64,000 nt of DNA from Octopus bimaculoides (Eukaryota): positions 41,153,382 to 41,217,381 of the forward strand of contig NC_068991.1 of NCBI RefSeq assembly GCF_001194135.2, in the 5' to 3' direction. The stretch's first letter is position 1, and every line of letters begins with the position of its first letter. The notes under the pieces are model-generated. The model was not told where the DNA came from. It worked only from the letters and a program-made list of their open reading frames with translations, and did not search any database. Positions 62,501-64,000 of the stretch are shown piece after piece. The position numbers and the translations under genes are program-made.

Positions 62501-63782
62501 TAGTTAACAATCCAAAGAGGATAGTTTATTCCATGTTTTCTTTGCACCTCACGGTGCAGACCTTCTAACAACTATCTACCAAGAAGCAAACAAGTCTTAG
62601 CCTAAGGTGTTTCAAAGTTGTATATGCCCAGCAAGTGAATTGATCTGAGAACATGTATTGAAACTGAAGCAATTACATTGTGAAAGAGTCATTTAATAAC
62701 ACACAGAGCTATTAAAATTCATTTTATTACATGAGCCGTCAGGGACAAGATCGCAGTTCAGTGACAAAATTTTGAAGCCTCATGAAAAATACCTAAATTT
62801 AAATTGCATTTATTTAACTGCTTATGTATGTGTTTCAATTATTAAATGGTTCATCTATGAGGTAGCTGCCAAGTGTAAGGGAGATAACTATTAACATACC
62901 TAATCACTTGTAGCCACCACATAGAAGGGAATTTAATAAACTGAGGTCTTTTTGGATCATAAAATCAAACGTACTCATCATTGTTGTGAAAACAATGCGA
63001 TAAGCAAATAAGCAAATAAATCTTATTCGACTTTTATCACTAGACAATCATCAACCATGAATTATTCGTTAAAACAATGATTATCTGAAAGCAAACCATA
63101 ACGATGATAGAAATAAAACAGAATAATAATATATAAACAGTTGAAGAAATCTACCTCATTAAAAAATTTACAATCCTCCCTGTTTTAAGAAAACTACACA
63201 GCAAATCTTCGTTAAATCTTTTGAGTACTTTTTGTTACGACTAGAATTCCGGATTTCATTCATCTCATCAAATCAGAAAGCTGACTTCACCGGTCATTGC
63301 CGTTAGTAAATTGACCAGATGGAAGCTTTGTTGTTGACGGAGCACGAATAACATTTATACAGGGTCGAACAACTGGGCAGTTAATACTGGGGTTCAAAGA
63401 TGTCAACTGCTTGTTGCTAATTTTGCCGTCAATAGAAGTTATGAACAATAATAATGATTCTTTATTAGCAACGGAAGCAGTATTAGTTCAGTTTAGCATT
63501 CTATATATCTTACTTAAGGTGGATATACTATAGAAAGCTAAAAAAACTGCGGTATTCATCTTGAGAAAACATCTCGTTTAGACGTGTTGAGCTAAAAAGC
63601 ACAGAATTGCCGTTGCTGGGCGCTTTTCGTTTGCTACTGATACACTTCTATGCCTTTTACTGATACATTTCTGTGCCTATACGTCTTGCGAGATTCTTTC
63701 TCAAGACGAATATCGTAGTTTCGTGGCTTTCTACATGTCGAGTAAAATATATAGAAGTTCATAATAATGAGTTTAATGTACA

Positions 63783-64000
63783 GAGAACGCCTGAAATTCT
63801 CCATCCTACTCTTAACATGCTTGCACACTATTTTCCTTTTATGGCTCTTTTATTGTTCACTTTTGTCTTGTGTTTTATCCTGTTTACCATGTATGTACTT
63901 TTGGCTATCTTTGCTGTCTTTCTTAACTTGACGTATTGATGTTTTCTGTCCTCTCTTTTTCTATTTTCCAACGAGGCATGTTAAGAATAGGATGGAGAAT
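63783..64000 (+). mobile_element. MITE with terminal inverted repeats, running off the window end
   Basis: ATTCTCCATCCTACTCTTAACATGC (63796-63820) vs reverse complement of the last 25 nt, one mismatch. Confidence 0.75.

Overview
AT-rich, repeat-dense eukaryotic genomic DNA with four assembly gaps. The SINE/LINE repertoire matches what I recall of octopus (coleoid cephalopod) scaffolds; the species call is inference. One complete gene is well supported: a three-exon GCHFR (GTP cyclohydrolase I feedback regulatory protein, GFRP) on the minus strand, CDS 51493-51458, 32466-32372 and 28977-28806, giving 100 aa. A probable first coding exon of a second minus-strand gene with a mitochondrial-presequence-like N-terminus lies at 2007-1886 and runs off the left edge. 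The rest is mostly decayed mobile DNA: CR1, RTE, R4/Dong-like and Hero/NeSL-like LINEs; Tc1, mariner, Tigger/pogo and Chapaev3-like transposase fragments; piggyBac-like and Kolobok-like MITEs; two tRNA-derived SINE families; and a Gypsy-type solo LTR with a 4-bp TSD. The most interesting structure is a TSD-flanked palindromic retroelement (36522-37037, with a centre-deleted sibling at 27788-28128). Each arm joins a tRNA-like Pol III head to a Penelope-type minimal hammerhead ribozyme motif. Several other hairpins and inverted repeats could form dsRNA. Possible extra exons between 7.7 and 24.5 kb are reported only as low-confidence leads.
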